NCBI GenBank assembly: GCA_031367385.1
Contig: JANLPS010000027.1
Coordinates: forward strand, 1 to 64,000
Source of the DNA: Archangium sp.
Lineage (GTDB): Bacteria > Myxococcota > Myxococcia > Myxococcales > Myxococcaceae
DNA: 64,000 nucleotides
Direction: 5' to 3'
Position numbers and translations under genes: made by a program. Positions 39,444 through 49,757 of this stretch are shown here, piece after piece; position 1 is the stretch's first letter, and every line of letters starts with the position of its first letter. The notes beneath the pieces were generated by a model. That model made no database searches. It had not been told where the DNA came from and saw only the letters and a program-made list of their open reading frames with translations.

Positions 39444-39881
39444 ATGACCGCGCTCCTGCTCGATGATCAGCTGTGCTTTGCCGTCTACGCGGCGTCGCGG
39501 GCGATGATCGGCGTCTACCGCCCGGTGCTCGATGAGTTGGGTCTGACCTACCCCCAGTACCTGACGCTGCTCGTGCTCTGGGAGCAGAGCCCGGTGTCGG
39601 TGTCGCACCTCGGTCTGCGCCTCCAACTCGATTCGGGCACGCTCACGCCGCTGCTCAAGCGCCTCGAAAAACAGGGCCTGGTGGAGCGACAGCGCCGAGC
39701 CGACGACGAGCGGGTGGTCGACATTCACCTGACCCTGGCTGGCAAGAAGCTGCGGGCGCGGGCGCTCAAGGTGCCCGAAGCGATGCTGTGCCGTCTCAAC
39801 CGCACCCGCTCCGAGGCCATGGCGCTCCGAGACCAACTTCACCTGCTGACGCAGCACCTCACCGCAACCAAGAAAGGCTGA
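39444..39881 (+). CDS. ohrR: Organic hydroperoxide-sensing MarR regulator
   Basis: LDDQLCFAVY, GLTYPQYL, LDSGTLTPLLKRLE, DER. Confidence 0.93.
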   Translation: MTALLLDDQLCFAVYAASRAMIGVYRPVLDELGLTYPQYLTLLVLWEQSPVSVSHLGLRLQLDSGTLTPLLKRLEKQGLVERQRRADDERVVDIHLTLAGKKLRARALKVPEAMLCRLNRTRSEAMALRDQLHLLTQHLTATKKG

Positions 39882-39889
39882 ATTTCACA

Positions 39890-40303
<414 letters not shown>

Positions 40304-40313
40304 GGTCGGCCGC

Positions 40314-41576
40314 GTGAAGCGGTTGACGCGAGTGGGGCTTTTCATTCTCATCGGGGTCGGGCTCGCCTTCGGGTGGGCCAGCCTCGATCGCTGCGGTGAG
40401 TGGCATGCGACGCCTGGAGGTCTGATCGGCATCGCGCGCGCGACCGGCGAGCTTCGGGTGGGTGCCGCGAAGGTACCCTTCGAGCTGCCCTACCCTGTGA
40501 CCTTGGGAGGCTATGGGCCCTGGCGCTTTGAGGTGAGCTCGGCGGTCACTCCGCTGTTTGCACGCGCGACGGTGCTCGAGGTGGGCACCCAGCGCTTCGC
40601 CCTGGTATCGCTCGAGACCTTGTTGGTGGCTGATGGGGTGGTCACCGGCATTCGCGAAGGCCGCGCGTTTCAGGTGTGGGTCGTCGCCACGCACACCCAC
40701 ACCGGGCCCGGCGGGTACGATCAACGCCTCGCTGCGCAGCTCGCGGCCCTGGGCAGCTACCGCGCCGACGTCGAAAAGGCCGTGGTGGTGGCAGCGACCC
40801 AGGCGCTCGACGCGGCCCAGAACGCATTGGCTCCCGCAGTGATGGACGTGGCGCGCGACACGCATGATTTGACACGCTCTCGCTCAGGCGCGGAGATCGA
40901 CGAGTCGCTGACCCGGGTTCGGTTTCGAACCGCGGGCGGCGGCCCCATCGCCCAATGGGTGCTGCTCGGCGCTCACCCGACGCTGGCCCCTCGCTCCGCC
41001 AACGCGCTCGACGGCGATTTCCCCTCTCGGGTGTCGGCCCACTTCGAGGCGAACGGCGGAGTCACCTCGGTGCTGCAGACCGCCGGCGGCAACGCGGCGC
41101 CCAACGGCTCGCTGGAAGACTTCTCGAACGTGTTGATCGAACGCGTCGCCCGCATGGCCGACGGCGCGACCGAGACATCGGTGGGCTATGGCCTGGCGAC
41201 CAGCGACCTGGTGCTGGGTCACCCCGATGGCAGCCGCTTCGGGCCCTTCTTCGTGCGGCCGATGGTCGAGAACGCACTGTGTGCCAACGCGATGATGCAC
41301 ACCGAGGTGGGCGTGCTTCGGCTGGGCTCGATCTCATTCGCCGCCGTGCCGGCCGAGGTGACTCAGGCGAGCGCGAAGATCATCGAGCAGCAGTCGAAGA
41401 CCTCGCTCGTGCTCAGCCTGGCCAATGGCTACGAGGGGTACCTCGAGCCCGCGACCGTGGTGACCGCGAACACAGGCGAGGCGCACGTGCAGTACTTCGG
41501 CCCCCAGCTGCTCTCGCAGCTCGCCGAGGCCGCGCATCAGGCCGGCGCCGCCGCCGGTACCTTCGGAGCCCAATGA
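40314..41576 (+). CDS. Neutral/alkaline ceramidase-family protein
   Basis: [34 protein letters not shown]. Confidence 0.8.
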   Translation: MKRLTRVGLFILIGVGLAFGWASLDRCGEWHATPGGLIGIARATGELRVGAAKVPFELPYPVTLGGYGPWRFEVSSAVTPLFARATVLEVGTQRFALVSLETLLVADGVVTGIREGRAFQVWVVATHTHTGPGGYDQRLAAQLAALGSYRADVEKAVVVAATQALDAAQNALAPAVMDVARDTHDLTRSRSGAEIDESLTRVRFRTAGGGPIAQWVLLGAHPTLAPRSANALDGDFPSRVSAHFEANGGVTSVLQTAGGNAAPNGSLEDFSNVLIERVARMADGATETSVGYGLATSDLVLGHPDGSRFGPFFVRPMVENALCANAMMHTEVGVLRLGSISFAAVPAEVTQASAKIIEQQSKTSLVLSLANGYEGYLEPATVVTANTGEAHVQYFGPQLLSQLAEAAHQAGAAAGTFGAQ

Positions 41577-42058
41577 CCATGCCTCTCGTCGAGCCGCTCG
41601 ATGGCACCTTGTTCGATGACAACCAGTGCTTCGGCTGCAGCCCGTCGCACCCTTTCGGCTTTCACTTGAAGTTCGAGCGCGAGGGCGACGGGGTGCTCAC
41701 GCACTTCACTCCGAGCGAGCGGCACCAGGGGCCGCCGGGCATCATGCACGGGGGGCTCGTCTCGACGCTGGCCGATGAGACCGCGGCGTGGGCAATCATC
41801 GCCAAGACGGGCACGTTTGGCTTCACCACCTCGTTCGAGTGCCGGTTGCAGGCGGCGGTGCGGGTCGGCACGGTCGTTCAGGCCCGCGCGTGGCTCACCA
41901 AAGAGACCTCGCGCATCGTGCGAGCCGGCGTGCGGGTGAGCCAGGCCGGGCATGACTGCTACACCGGTGATTTCACTTTCGTGCTGCTCGATGAAGCGGG
42001 CGCGCAGAAGATGCTCGGAGCGCCGTTGCCGCAGCAGTGGCGGCGCTTCGCCCGGTGA
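41573..42058 (+). CDS. PaaI-family hotdog thioesterase
   Basis: CFGC, HQGPPGIMHGGLVSTLADE; ATGA overlap with the upstream gene. Confidence 0.9.
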   Translation: MTMPLVEPLDGTLFDDNQCFGCSPSHPFGFHLKFEREGDGVLTHFTPSERHQGPPGIMHGGLVSTLADETAAWAIIAKTGTFGFTTSFECRLQAAVRVGTVVQARAWLTKETSRIVRAGVRVSQAGHDCYTGDFTFVLLDEAGAQKMLGAPLPQQWRRFAR

Positions 42059-42152
42059 GCATTTTTGAAGGTTCGCCGAGCTGTGTTGTCCCAACGATGC
42101 GACAGATTCCGAACCTGAATGTTCAAAAACAGTCCCAACGTTGGGACGGTCG
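42021..42152 (+). repeat. ~130-bp imperfect direct repeat, copy 1
   Basis: Aligns with 43270-43399; includes the thioesterase 3' end and palindromic boxes. Confidence 0.93.
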
Positions 42153-42159
42153 CTGGTTC

Positions 42160-42545
42160 GCGATTCGGGCGACCAGCGACCTTTCTTGACGCTCAAGCAC
42201 TTCAACAACGGCTGCCCCTGCCTGAAGCGGGGAGTCATCGGCGCCGTCGTGTCGCAGTGGCGCACGGCTTCTCGCTGCACGCCGACACGGCCGTGCACGC
42301 CAATGACTCGAGCGTCTTTGTCGATACGGTGCGCGCGGCCCGGTCTGCGAATCACGCCTGTTTCGACTCGACGATGGCCGCTACGAGTACACACCCAAGA
42401 AAGGAGTCACCTTCACCCTGACGGCCGAGGCCTTCGTGCGGCGGATGGTCGCTCTCCTGCCTCCGGCGCGGCGGCACCTGACGAGCTTTCCTGGCGTGTT
42501 GGCCCCCAACGCCTCGCTCAGGCCCCTCGCCACCCAGAAGCCCGA
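42160..42545 (+). mobile_element. IS91-family (Y2) transposase relic, frameshifted
   Basis: GFSLHADTAVHAND, then in another frame LERLCRYGARGP...PPARRHLTSFPGVLAPNASLR. Confidence 0.8.
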
Positions 42546-42644
42546 GGCTCAGGGCCGCTCCTGGGCCATCTGAACAGGCGAGAGTTCAGTGGGTGCTCGA
42601 TCTTGTCCATGTTGCAGATCCCCCTACAACGTCGTTACAATGTA

Positions 42645-42944
42645 GTGGTGAAGGCGCCTGAATTCGAATGGGATTCTGTCAAGAATCAGACGAACGTCCG
42701 CAAGCACCGAGTTTCGTTCGGAGAGGCTCAAACCGCTTTCTCCGACGAGCGCGGCTTGCTCATTCATGATCCTGACCACTCCGACGACGAAGACCGCTTC
42801 GTGCTGCTCGGCCTCAGCTCTACGAGAAGAGCGCTCGTCGTATGCCACTGTTACCGCCGTGACGGCGACGTGATCAGAATCATTTCAGCGCGCAAGGCCG
42901 ACCGTCGTGAACGACTGATGTACAGCCAGAGGTGGACCCCATGA
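42645..42944 (+). CDS. brnT: BrnT-family toxin
   Basis: FEWDSVKNQTNVRKHRVSF, DHSDDEDRF, IRIISARKA. Confidence 0.93.
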   Translation: MVKAPEFEWDSVKNQTNVRKHRVSFGEAQTAFSDERGLLIHDPDHSDDEDRFVLLGLSSTRRALVVCHCYRRDGDVIRIISARKADRRERLMYSQRWTP

Positions 42945-43171
42945 GACAACACTACGACTTCACGAGCGCTCAAAAGAACCCCTACGCCAAGCGCCTCAAG
43001 AAACAGGTCACGATCAGAATCGAAGAGACGACGCTGGCGTATTTCAAACGGCTGGCCGGCGAACTCGCAATTCCCTACCAGACACTCATCAACATGTACC
43101 TGAAGGATTGCGCCACGCAGCACAAGCAGTTGCGCCTCGAATGGCGACCGGCCCATAGCTCCGAGAAATGA
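42941..43171 (+). CDS. brnA: BrnA/CopG-like antitoxin
   Basis: YDF...KNPYAKRLKKQVTIR...YFK...IPYQTLINMYL; ATGA overlap with the toxin. Confidence 0.9.
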   Translation: MRQHYDFTSAQKNPYAKRLKKQVTIRIEETTLAYFKRLAGELAIPYQTLINMYLKDCATQHKQLRLEWRPAHSSEK

Positions 43172-43269
43172 CGTACTGGGCTACGTTCGCAGCGAGCAAC
43201 GAGAAGCCGCCAAAGCTTCGAAAGATGAGCCAGCCAAGCAGCACATAGAACGGGACGTTGACCCAGCCC

Positions 43270-43399
43270 CGCCGTTGCGCAGCAGTGGCGGCGCTTCGCG
43301 CGGTGAGCATTTTTCAGGCTCGCCAAGCTGAGTTGTCCCAACGATGCGACAGATTTTGAACCTGAATGTTCCAAAACCGTCCCAACGTTGGGACGGTCG
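43270..43399 (+). repeat. ~130-bp imperfect direct repeat, copy 2
   Basis: Aligns with 42021-42152; perfect 22-bp palindrome ACCGTCCCAACGTTGGGACGGT at 43376-43397. Confidence 0.93.
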
Positions 43400-43460
43400 G
43401 CTCACTGATTCGCCGGCACTTTTCAGGCCGGAGCTCGAAGTGCAGTAGGGTTGCGCGCGC

Positions 43461-46061
43461 ATGACCGGAGATGACGCGCACATCGACGCAGATACTGCCT
43501 CAGCCTACGCGGGGCACGCGCTCACCGATGATCAACGCGCCCAAGTCGAGGAGCACATCGACGCCTGCGCCGCCTGCCGCGAGCTCGTCTCGACGCTGGC
43601 CAAGGTCGCGTGGTCACAGACGCCGATCTCGGGCTCGAAGGTCGTTGCGGTCGACCCCGCGGCGATCTTGCCGCCAGGCACCCGCGTCGGCCCGTTCGAG
43701 ATCGAGCGCCCGCTCGACGCGGGAGGCATGGGGTTGGTGTACTCCGCGACCGATGCGCGGCTCGACCGACGGGTGGCGCTCAAGTGCGTTCGAGAGGCAC
43801 GCGGTGACTCCGAGCAGCTGATGCGCGAAGCCCGGGTGATGGCCCAGCTCGCGCACCCCAACGTGGTGCCGGTCTACGATGTCGTCGAGGCCTTCGGGCA
43901 GGTGTTCATCGCGATGGAGCTCGTCGTCGGGCGCAGCCTGCGGCAGTGGCTGGGCGAGCAACCCCGCGGGTGGGCCTCGGTCGTCGACGCGTTTCTCGAA
44001 GCCGGAGCGGGCCTCGCCGCCGCGCACGCCGCTGGCATCGTTCACGGCGACGTGAAGCCGGCCAACATTCTGGTCGGCGACGATGGGCGAATTCGAGTCA
44101 CCGACTTCGGTCTGGCAACCTCGGCGGGCGAGGCGGCCTCCGAACAGCAGGGTTTGCGCGGTACACCCGCCTACGTCGCTCCCGAACAGCGGCGCGGTCA
44201 GCCATGCGATGCCCGCAGCGACGAGTACTCGTTTTGCGTCAGCTTGCACGAGGCGTTGTACGGCACGCTGCCGGGCAAGCAGCCGTCGAGCGGGGTGCGG
44301 GTACCCCGCGGCGTGCAACGGGTGCTCGCGCGCGGCTTGATGGAGGACCCTGCCGCTCGCTTCGGTTCGATGAAGCGCTTGCTGGTGGCGCTGAGGGCCG
44401 CGCGCTCGAGCCGGCGGTGGTTCGTCGCGGCGGTGGTGCTGCTCGCGGCAGCGGTGGTGATGGCCTACGACGTCGGAGGCCGCCGCGCCGAGCTCGATCA
44501 GTGCGCTGCCGTCGCCAACGAGCTCTCGAGCGTGTGGAACGCGCAGGCCCGGCAAACCGTGCGGGCCTCGTTCGAACGCACCAGGCTCTCGTACGCGGCG
44601 CAGACCTTGGCCGGCGTCGAGGCGAACCTCGATGCGTGGACCACCGCGTTCGATGCGCTGCGACGACGCGCTTGCGAGACCGATTGGCTGCGGCGCGAGA
44701 CTCCGCTCGAGCGGTTGGGCGCCCAGATGCGGTGCCTGACTCAGGCCAATCGCGAGGCCCGCGCGCTGGTGACGCAGCTCAGTGATGCCGACGAGACCGT
44801 CGTGCTGCACTCGGTCGCCGCCAGTGAGCAATTGCCGTCGCTCGAGCGGTGCGCGCAGGGGCCGGTGGTCGCTGTGGTGAAAGGTGCCGATGAGAAGGCG
44901 AGCAACGAGCTGCGTGATGCGCTGGCGCATGCCTCGGCGCTGTTCGATTCGGGGCGGTACGACGCGGCGCTCAAGGAGGTCACGGCGTTGATGCCGAGAA
45001 TGCCGGGGCCCGCTGACCCCGAGCTGACCGCTCAGGTGCAGACGCTGCTCGGGCGCGCGCAGGCCCGGGCGTCTGACTACGAGCACTCGAGCCCCCAGCT
45101 GCTCGAGGCGATTCAACTGGCCGAGAGCGCGCAGGCCGATCGCGTCGCCGCTTCGGCGTGGGCTGCGTTGATTCAAAGCGAGTTCTGGCAGGGGCACTCG
45201 GCGCAGGTCGTGTTCTTGCGAAACCCGGCCCTCGGGGCCTGTGAGCGGGCGTCTGATGTGTGGCAACAGACCGAGGTGCTGTTGATGGTGGGAGGCGCGC
45301 TGCTGCAGTTGGGGCGCTTGCAGGAGGCGCAGCCGCTCTTCGAGCAGGCCGTGACGCTGCGGCAGTCGTTGTACGGCCCCAAAGACCGCCGAGTCGCATA
45401 TGCCTTGTCGAGCTTGGGCAACGCGCTCTCGATGCAGGGGAATTTGGATGGCGGGATCGATGCGCACGCCCGCGCGGTGGTGGCCGCCGAGGCATCGCTG
45501 GGCCGGCCGCACCCCAACGTGGCGGTGCTCCACCAGAACCTTGGCGATGACTATTTGTATGGGCTGCGAATACCCGAGGCGGTCACCGAGCTGCAGAGCG
45601 CGCTGGCGGTGCTCGACGCGGCCGGTGAGCCGAAGCGGCGCGAGGTGGCGATGGTCGCGACCGACCTTGGTCTCGCGCTGCTCGAGGCCGGAGAAGCAGA
45701 GAAGGCCCTCACCGCCTTCGAGCGGGCCAACGCCTTGTGGGATGCGCTTTCGCCCGAGCACCCGTCTCATGGCGAGGCCCTGATGGGGGAGTATCAGGCG
45801 CTGGTGCGGCTAGGGCGGGCGGCCAAGGTGACCGAGCTGGAGCGCGCGCTCGTCTTCGGAAAAGGGCTGCCGCCGTTCGAACGCGGGCGAATCGAGCTGG
45901 CCTTGGGGCAGGCCCTCGGCGCGGCGACGACGCCGTCTGCGCGGGCGATGGCGTTGGTGAGGCAGGCGATCGAGGGGTTCGCGGGGTCTGCGTTGCCGTT
46001 GGTGCAACGTGACGCAGAGCTCGCGCGGCAGTGGGTGGTGATGCACGAGGCCAAGCGATGA
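43461..46061 (+). CDS. Ser/Thr protein kinase with N-terminal zf-HC2 motif, TM helix and TPRs
   Basis: HIDACAAC, GGMGLVY, VALK, HGDVKPAN, DFG, GTPAYVAPE. Confidence 0.95.
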   Translation: MTGDDAHIDADTASAYAGHALTDDQRAQVEEHIDACAACRELVSTLAKVAWSQTPISGSKVVAVDPAAILPPGTRVGPFEIERPLDAGGMGLVYSATDARLDRRVALKCVREARGDSEQLMREARVMAQLAHPNVVPVYDVVEAFGQVFIAMELVVGRSLRQWLGEQPRGWASVVDAFLEAGAGLAAAHAAGIVHGDVKPANILVGDDGRIRVTDFGLATSAGEAASEQQGLRGTPAYVAPEQRRGQPCDARSDEYSFCVSLHEALYGTLPGKQPSSGVRVPRGVQRVLARGLMEDPAARFGSMKRLLVALRAARSSRRWFVAAVVLLAAAVVMAYDVGGRRAELDQCAAVANELSSVWNAQARQTVRASFERTRLSYAAQTLAGVEANLDAWTTAFDALRRRACETDWLRRETPLERLGAQMRCLTQANREARALVTQLSDADETVVLHSVAASEQLPSLERCAQGPVVAVVKGADEKASNELRDALAHASALFDSGRYDAALKEVTALMPRMPGPADPELTAQVQTLLGRAQARASDYEHSSPQLLEAIQLAESAQADRVAASAWAALIQSEFWQGHSAQVVFLRNPALGACERASDVWQQTEVLLMVGGALLQLGRLQEAQPLFEQAVTLRQSLYGPKDRRVAYALSSLGNALSMQGNLDGGIDAHARAVVAAEASLGRPHPNVAVLHQNLGDDYLYGLRIPEAVTELQSALAVLDAAGEPKRREVAMVATDLGLALLEAGEAEKALTAFERANALWDALSPEHPSHGEALMGEYQALVRLGRAAKVTELERALVFGKGLPPFERGRIELALGQALGAATTPSARAMALVRQAIEGFAGSALPLVQRDAELARQWVVMHEAKR

Positions 46062-46091
46062 GCACACAGTGGGTGGGGCAGGGGTCAATTG

Positions 46092-46334
46092 CGCTCGTCC
46101 TGAGGGACTCGAAGGACCCTGCCGCACCAAGCATTCTGACGAACCAGCTTCGAGGCTCGGGGTTGCGGAGGGCTCGCCTGGGCGAGGCAAAGCGAATGAG
46201 TCAGTGGACCGGAGTGCTTCGCTCAGGGTTGGCTCGGCTCAGGGTGGTGCTTCGAGTGTCTGAGGACGAGCGGAGGGTCGTGTTGGTGGGGAGGCTCGGT
46301 GCGGCAGGGCCCTTCGAGTTCCTCAGGACGAGCG
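46092..46334. repeat. REP/MITE-like element with 37-bp inverted repeats
   Basis: 46092-46128 pairs with 46298-46334 (2 mismatches); extra partial unit near 46250-46274. Confidence 0.85.
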
Positions 46335-46347
46335 GAGGCGGCGCGCG

Positions 46348-47118
46348 ATGAGCGCCATCAGCGATGAAGCACTGACCGAGGCTCTCGCCGCGCTGGCCAA
46401 GCACAACGTCACGCTGAGCCTGACCGAGGTTCGCCGAGCCTTGCGCGGTCACGCGGCCACCACCCACGTCACCGACGTCGTGCTCGCCTGGGCCTGTCTG
46501 CAGCGCAACGAGCCCGCCATCGGCTACTTCGAGCGCGCCTACTTCGCTCAAGCCACCCGAGCGCTCAAACGCATGCGCATCAGCGCGACCCTCACTGACG
46601 ACGTGCTGGGTTGGCTTCGCTTCGAGCTCTTCGCCCGCGAAGACGGAGCCCTCATCGGCACCTACTCGGGCCGCGGAGACTTGGGCTCATGGGTACGCTC
46701 AATCGCCGTTCACGAGGCCCTCAAGCGCGCCAAGCGAGAGCGCCGCGACGTCACGCCCGATGCCGCCGCTGATCTGCCGATGCCCGAGCCCGAGCTGGTC
46801 GCCATGCGCGGTGCCTTCGGCCCTCAATTCACCGCCGCCCTCGCCGAGAGCTTCGCCGCGCTCTCGACCCAACAACGCAACTTGCTGCGCCAGTCGTTTC
46901 TCGACGGCCTCAGCATCGACGTTCTCGCGGGCCTCTACAAAGTGCACCGTGCGACCGCTGCTCGCCGGGTGGCCGCCGCGCGAGCTGAGCTGGTGCAACA
47001 AGTACGGGTACGCCTCGCCCGCGAGCTGGCGCTCAGCGAAACCGGCGTCGATCAGGTCATCACTCTGAGCAACCTGAACGAGAGCCTCGGGCAGATGTTG
47101 CGCAAAACCCGAGGCTAG
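46348..47118 (+). CDS. ECF sigma factor, Myxococcales kinase-associated type
   Basis: DVVLAWAC, YSGRGDLGSWVR, RNLLR...DGLSID...VHRATAAR. Confidence 0.88.
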   Translation: MSAISDEALTEALAALAKHNVTLSLTEVRRALRGHAATTHVTDVVLAWACLQRNEPAIGYFERAYFAQATRALKRMRISATLTDDVLGWLRFELFAREDGALIGTYSGRGDLGSWVRSIAVHEALKRAKRERRDVTPDAAADLPMPEPELVAMRGAFGPQFTAALAESFAALSTQQRNLLRQSFLDGLSIDVLAGLYKVHRATAARRVAAARAELVQQVRVRLARELALSETGVDQVITLSNLNESLGQMLRKTRG

Positions 47119-47123
47119 AAACA

Positions 47124-47165
47124 ACGACGGGCCGACTCGCACGTGATGGCGAATCGGCCCGGCGT
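47124..47165. terminator. Hairpin between convergent genes (probable terminator)
   Basis: GGGCCGACTCGC...GCGAATCGGCCC stem. Confidence 0.65.
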
Positions 47166-47183
47166 CACTTCTGTTGGAAGAGG

Positions 47184-47555
47184 TTACTGAAAGAACGCCG
47201 GAGGAAACTTCGACGCGTCTCTCGTATCGGGAGCGAACGTCTTGTCTTCGGTCGTCGTCGGGTTGGGGTCGGCCGAGTGATTCAAGATGAGGTCTTTCGC
47301 GAAGTCGGCAATTTCACCGGGCCCCGCGTCGACCGTGCCAGCGTCGGCCGTCATCATGCCGGCGTCGGTCACCATCATACCGGCGTCGGCAGTCATCGTG
47401 CCGGCGTCGGTCTTCGGGGTGCCGGCATCTGGCTTCACCCCAGTGCCGGCGTCTTTGGTGGTCATCCCACCATCGGTCATTTCGACCGGTTCAGGGCACC
47501 CGATGAGTCCCAAGCTGGCGACCATCGCGATGCATGCGAGTCGGAGCGGACGCAT
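47184..47555 (-). CDS. Small lipoprotein with tandem xxxxDAG heptad linker
   Basis: Lipobox LIGC; 21-bp repeats encoding DAG units. Confidence 0.8.
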   Translation of the reverse strand: MRPLRLACIAMVASLGLIGCPEPVEMTDGGMTTKDAGTGVKPDAGTPKTDAGTMTADAGMMVTDAGMMTADAGTVDAGPGEIADFAKDLILNHSADPNPTTTEDKTFAPDTRDASKFPPAFFQ

Positions 47556-47557
47556 GA

Positions 47558-49126
47558 CTAGAACCCGCCTTGGCCATTGGCTCCAGGGAGCGGCGTCGTC
47601 AGGTAGGGGAAGGTGCCATCGAACTGGCTTGCGTCTTGGAGCACGGCGTCAGTGAACTGCAGCTGACCAGACGGAGCCTTCGACACGTCGGTGATGAGGT
47701 ACCCCATCGCGACGCGCAGTTCGATGTCGGTGACGTCATCGCCAGGGCGACGACCGTTGGGGAAGCCGGCCACGTCGCAACCGGTATTCGTGGGTGTGAG
47801 CACGCCGAGCACGAAGCACGCCGCGGCGCCGAGGTTGTTTTGCGAGGCCTTTGCCGTCGGAGGCAACCCGGTGTTCAACCGGATGTACTCAGCAGGCGTC
47901 CCACCGGGGATCGCGTTCACGCCGGTGACTCCGGTGAGAAACGCGGCGACCAGGTCGGCGCGAGGCAACGCGGTAGGCGCCACCGTGCCGAAGAGGATCT
48001 CGAGCAACTTGGGCAGCGCCGGGTACTGCACGTACGGCAAGAACTGCGTGTCAGAGCTCGGTGCGCTGCTGTTCCACTTGTCTTTGTCGTTGATGCCGAT
48101 CACGATCTCGTTCACCAGGGGCATGCCCAAGCGAGAGACCTGGGTCCACGCGCCGCCTTCACGCGAGGGCCGCGCAAAGGTACCGGCCGGGTTGATGACC
48201 CGGGCCTGCTTCACGCTCGCGGTGCTCCACACGCCGATGACCGTCTGGGTCGAGGTCGGGGTCGTGAGCAAGCACTTGCTGGGAATCTCGAGCGCCAAGG
48301 TGCTGATACTCTTCTTTGCCAGCGGGTTGGCGATGACCTGGCGGTTGTTCACGCCGTTGGTCATGCCTTCACCGTGCGCAACAATCGCGGCCGGAGCGTC
48401 GACGAGGTCGAAGATCGGCCCGATGTTCACCGCGAACGGCTCAGCGCGCTGACCGACGAACAGCTTGCCCGTGGTGTCGCAGTTCGGGATGTCGATGTCA
48501 TAGACAAAGTTCGCAGCATACGCGGCGTAGTCGGGGAAGGTCTTCATGCCGACGTTGTCCATCGGCTTCTTGAAGACGACGGCCTTGGTCGCCGTGTTCT
48601 TGATCGGCAACGCCGTGCCGGTGCGACGGTCGCCAGCAATCACATTGACCGTGTAGGTCTCTGAGACGTTCTGGGCTGCCATATCGGCAAAGGTCACCGG
48701 CCCGATGTTCGAGAGCGGCACACCGGTCATATTCGCGCCAACCGGCACTTTCAGGTCAGCGAGGGTGGTGGTGAACTTGAACTGAAAGGTAAGGTGCTCT
48801 TTGGCGTCGCCGACGTTGTCGACGTGAATCTCGTAGATGGCCTCGTCATCCATCGGGAAGTAATTCGGGCCGCCGAACGGGTCTTGAAAGGGCTGAAAGT
48901 CGGAAATGAGCGTCGTGTACGCCTTTTTCACGTCGTAGTTCGAGCCCGTGCCTGCCGCGGTGATGCGCGCGGGGTCGTAGCTCTGAAACGCATAGACGTC
49001 GGTGTTGTCGACCTTGGGGTTCTTGGTGATGAACGGCGCTTCACGATGGCTCGAGGCCAACGCCGTTCCTCCTGTTGCAAGAGCACAGGCGAGGCCCATG
49101 GCTCCGAGACGCTTCGTCATTTTCAT
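47558..49126 (-). CDS. DUF4331 domain secreted protein
   Basis: ASSHREAP, DNTDVYAF, QVSRLGMPLVNE, GFPNGRRPGDDV, FPYL. Confidence 0.92.
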   Translation of the reverse strand: MKMTKRLGAMGLACALATGGTALASSHREAPFITKNPKVDNTDVYAFQSYDPARITAAGTGSNYDVKKAYTTLISDFQPFQDPFGGPNYFPMDDEAIYEIHVDNVGDAKEHLTFQFKFTTTLADLKVPVGANMTGVPLSNIGPVTFADMAAQNVSETYTVNVIAGDRRTGTALPIKNTATKAVVFKKPMDNVGMKTFPDYAAYAANFVYDIDIPNCDTTGKLFVGQRAEPFAVNIGPIFDLVDAPAAIVAHGEGMTNGVNNRQVIANPLAKKSISTLALEIPSKCLLTTPTSTQTVIGVWSTASVKQARVINPAGTFARPSREGGAWTQVSRLGMPLVNEIVIGINDKDKWNSSAPSSDTQFLPYVQYPALPKLLEILFGTVAPTALPRADLVAAFLTGVTGVNAIPGGTPAEYIRLNTGLPPTAKASQNNLGAAACFVLGVLTPTNTGCDVAGFPNGRRPGDDVTDIELRVAMGYLITDVSKAPSGQLQFTDAVLQDASQFDGTFPYLTTPLPGANGQGGF

Positions 49127-49240
49127 TGAATTTCTCCGTTTGAACTGGAATTTGCCCTGCTATGCAATCGCGCGGCCCTACTTGGGTTCGCACGCCGACA
49201 ACCGTTGTACGGCGGTGTCATCGTGGAGGTTTGGTTTCGC

Positions 49241-49750
49241 ATGCGAAAAATTGTCTTCCAGAATGGATCTTGGGCCGTGGCCTTTCTGCTGGCTGCAGTG
49301 GGCTGCAAACAGGAGCGCCCCACCGCGGTGGCACCTCCACCGGTAGTGGCCCCGGCAGCCCCAGGGGCCAAGGGTGGTACGTTGGGCGAGCGCCTCGAGC
49401 GAGAGGGCAGCCATCGACCGGCCGCGGCCTTTCGGGCCGAAGACGTCTTCGGCGTGCTGGCAAAGGGTGGGCTCGAGATCACCGAGCGCATGCAGATACT
49501 CGGCACAACGGTGGGAGCGGCCTACTGCCAGAATGCGCACACCGCGAGTGACGTGGTCGTGACGGTCTGCGAATTCGAAGACGAGGCTTCGGCCGAAAAG
49601 GGCAAGGCGGCGGCGCTCTCATCGATGGAGATCCCCAACCGGCAGGTGGTGCAACACCACGCTACGACCCTGCAGGTCATCGAATCGCCCAAGACCGAAA
49701 AGAGCGCCAAGTCAGCGGCGGCGGTGCTGTCGGCGTTCAGCGCGATGTAG
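49241..49750 (+). CDS. Hypothetical lipoprotein
   Basis: Lipobox AVGC, GGAGG RBS. Confidence 0.7.
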   Translation: MRKIVFQNGSWAVAFLLAAVGCKQERPTAVAPPPVVAPAAPGAKGGTLGERLEREGSHRPAAAFRAEDVFGVLAKGGLEITERMQILGTTVGAAYCQNAHTASDVVVTVCEFEDEASAEKGKAAALSSMEIPNRQVVQHHATTLQVIESPKTEKSAKSAAAVLSAFSAM

Positions 49751-49757
49751 CGGGGCC

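Noticed and set aside
40955..41572. Long N-terminal extension of the thioesterase ORF
   Set aside because: Arg-rich shadow frame overlapping the ceramidase gene; the ATGA-coupled start is at 41573.
43614..45770. 718-aa antisense ORF, and many similar long overlapping ORFs
   Set aside because: Typical high-GC antisense shadows of real genes, with no recognisable motifs.
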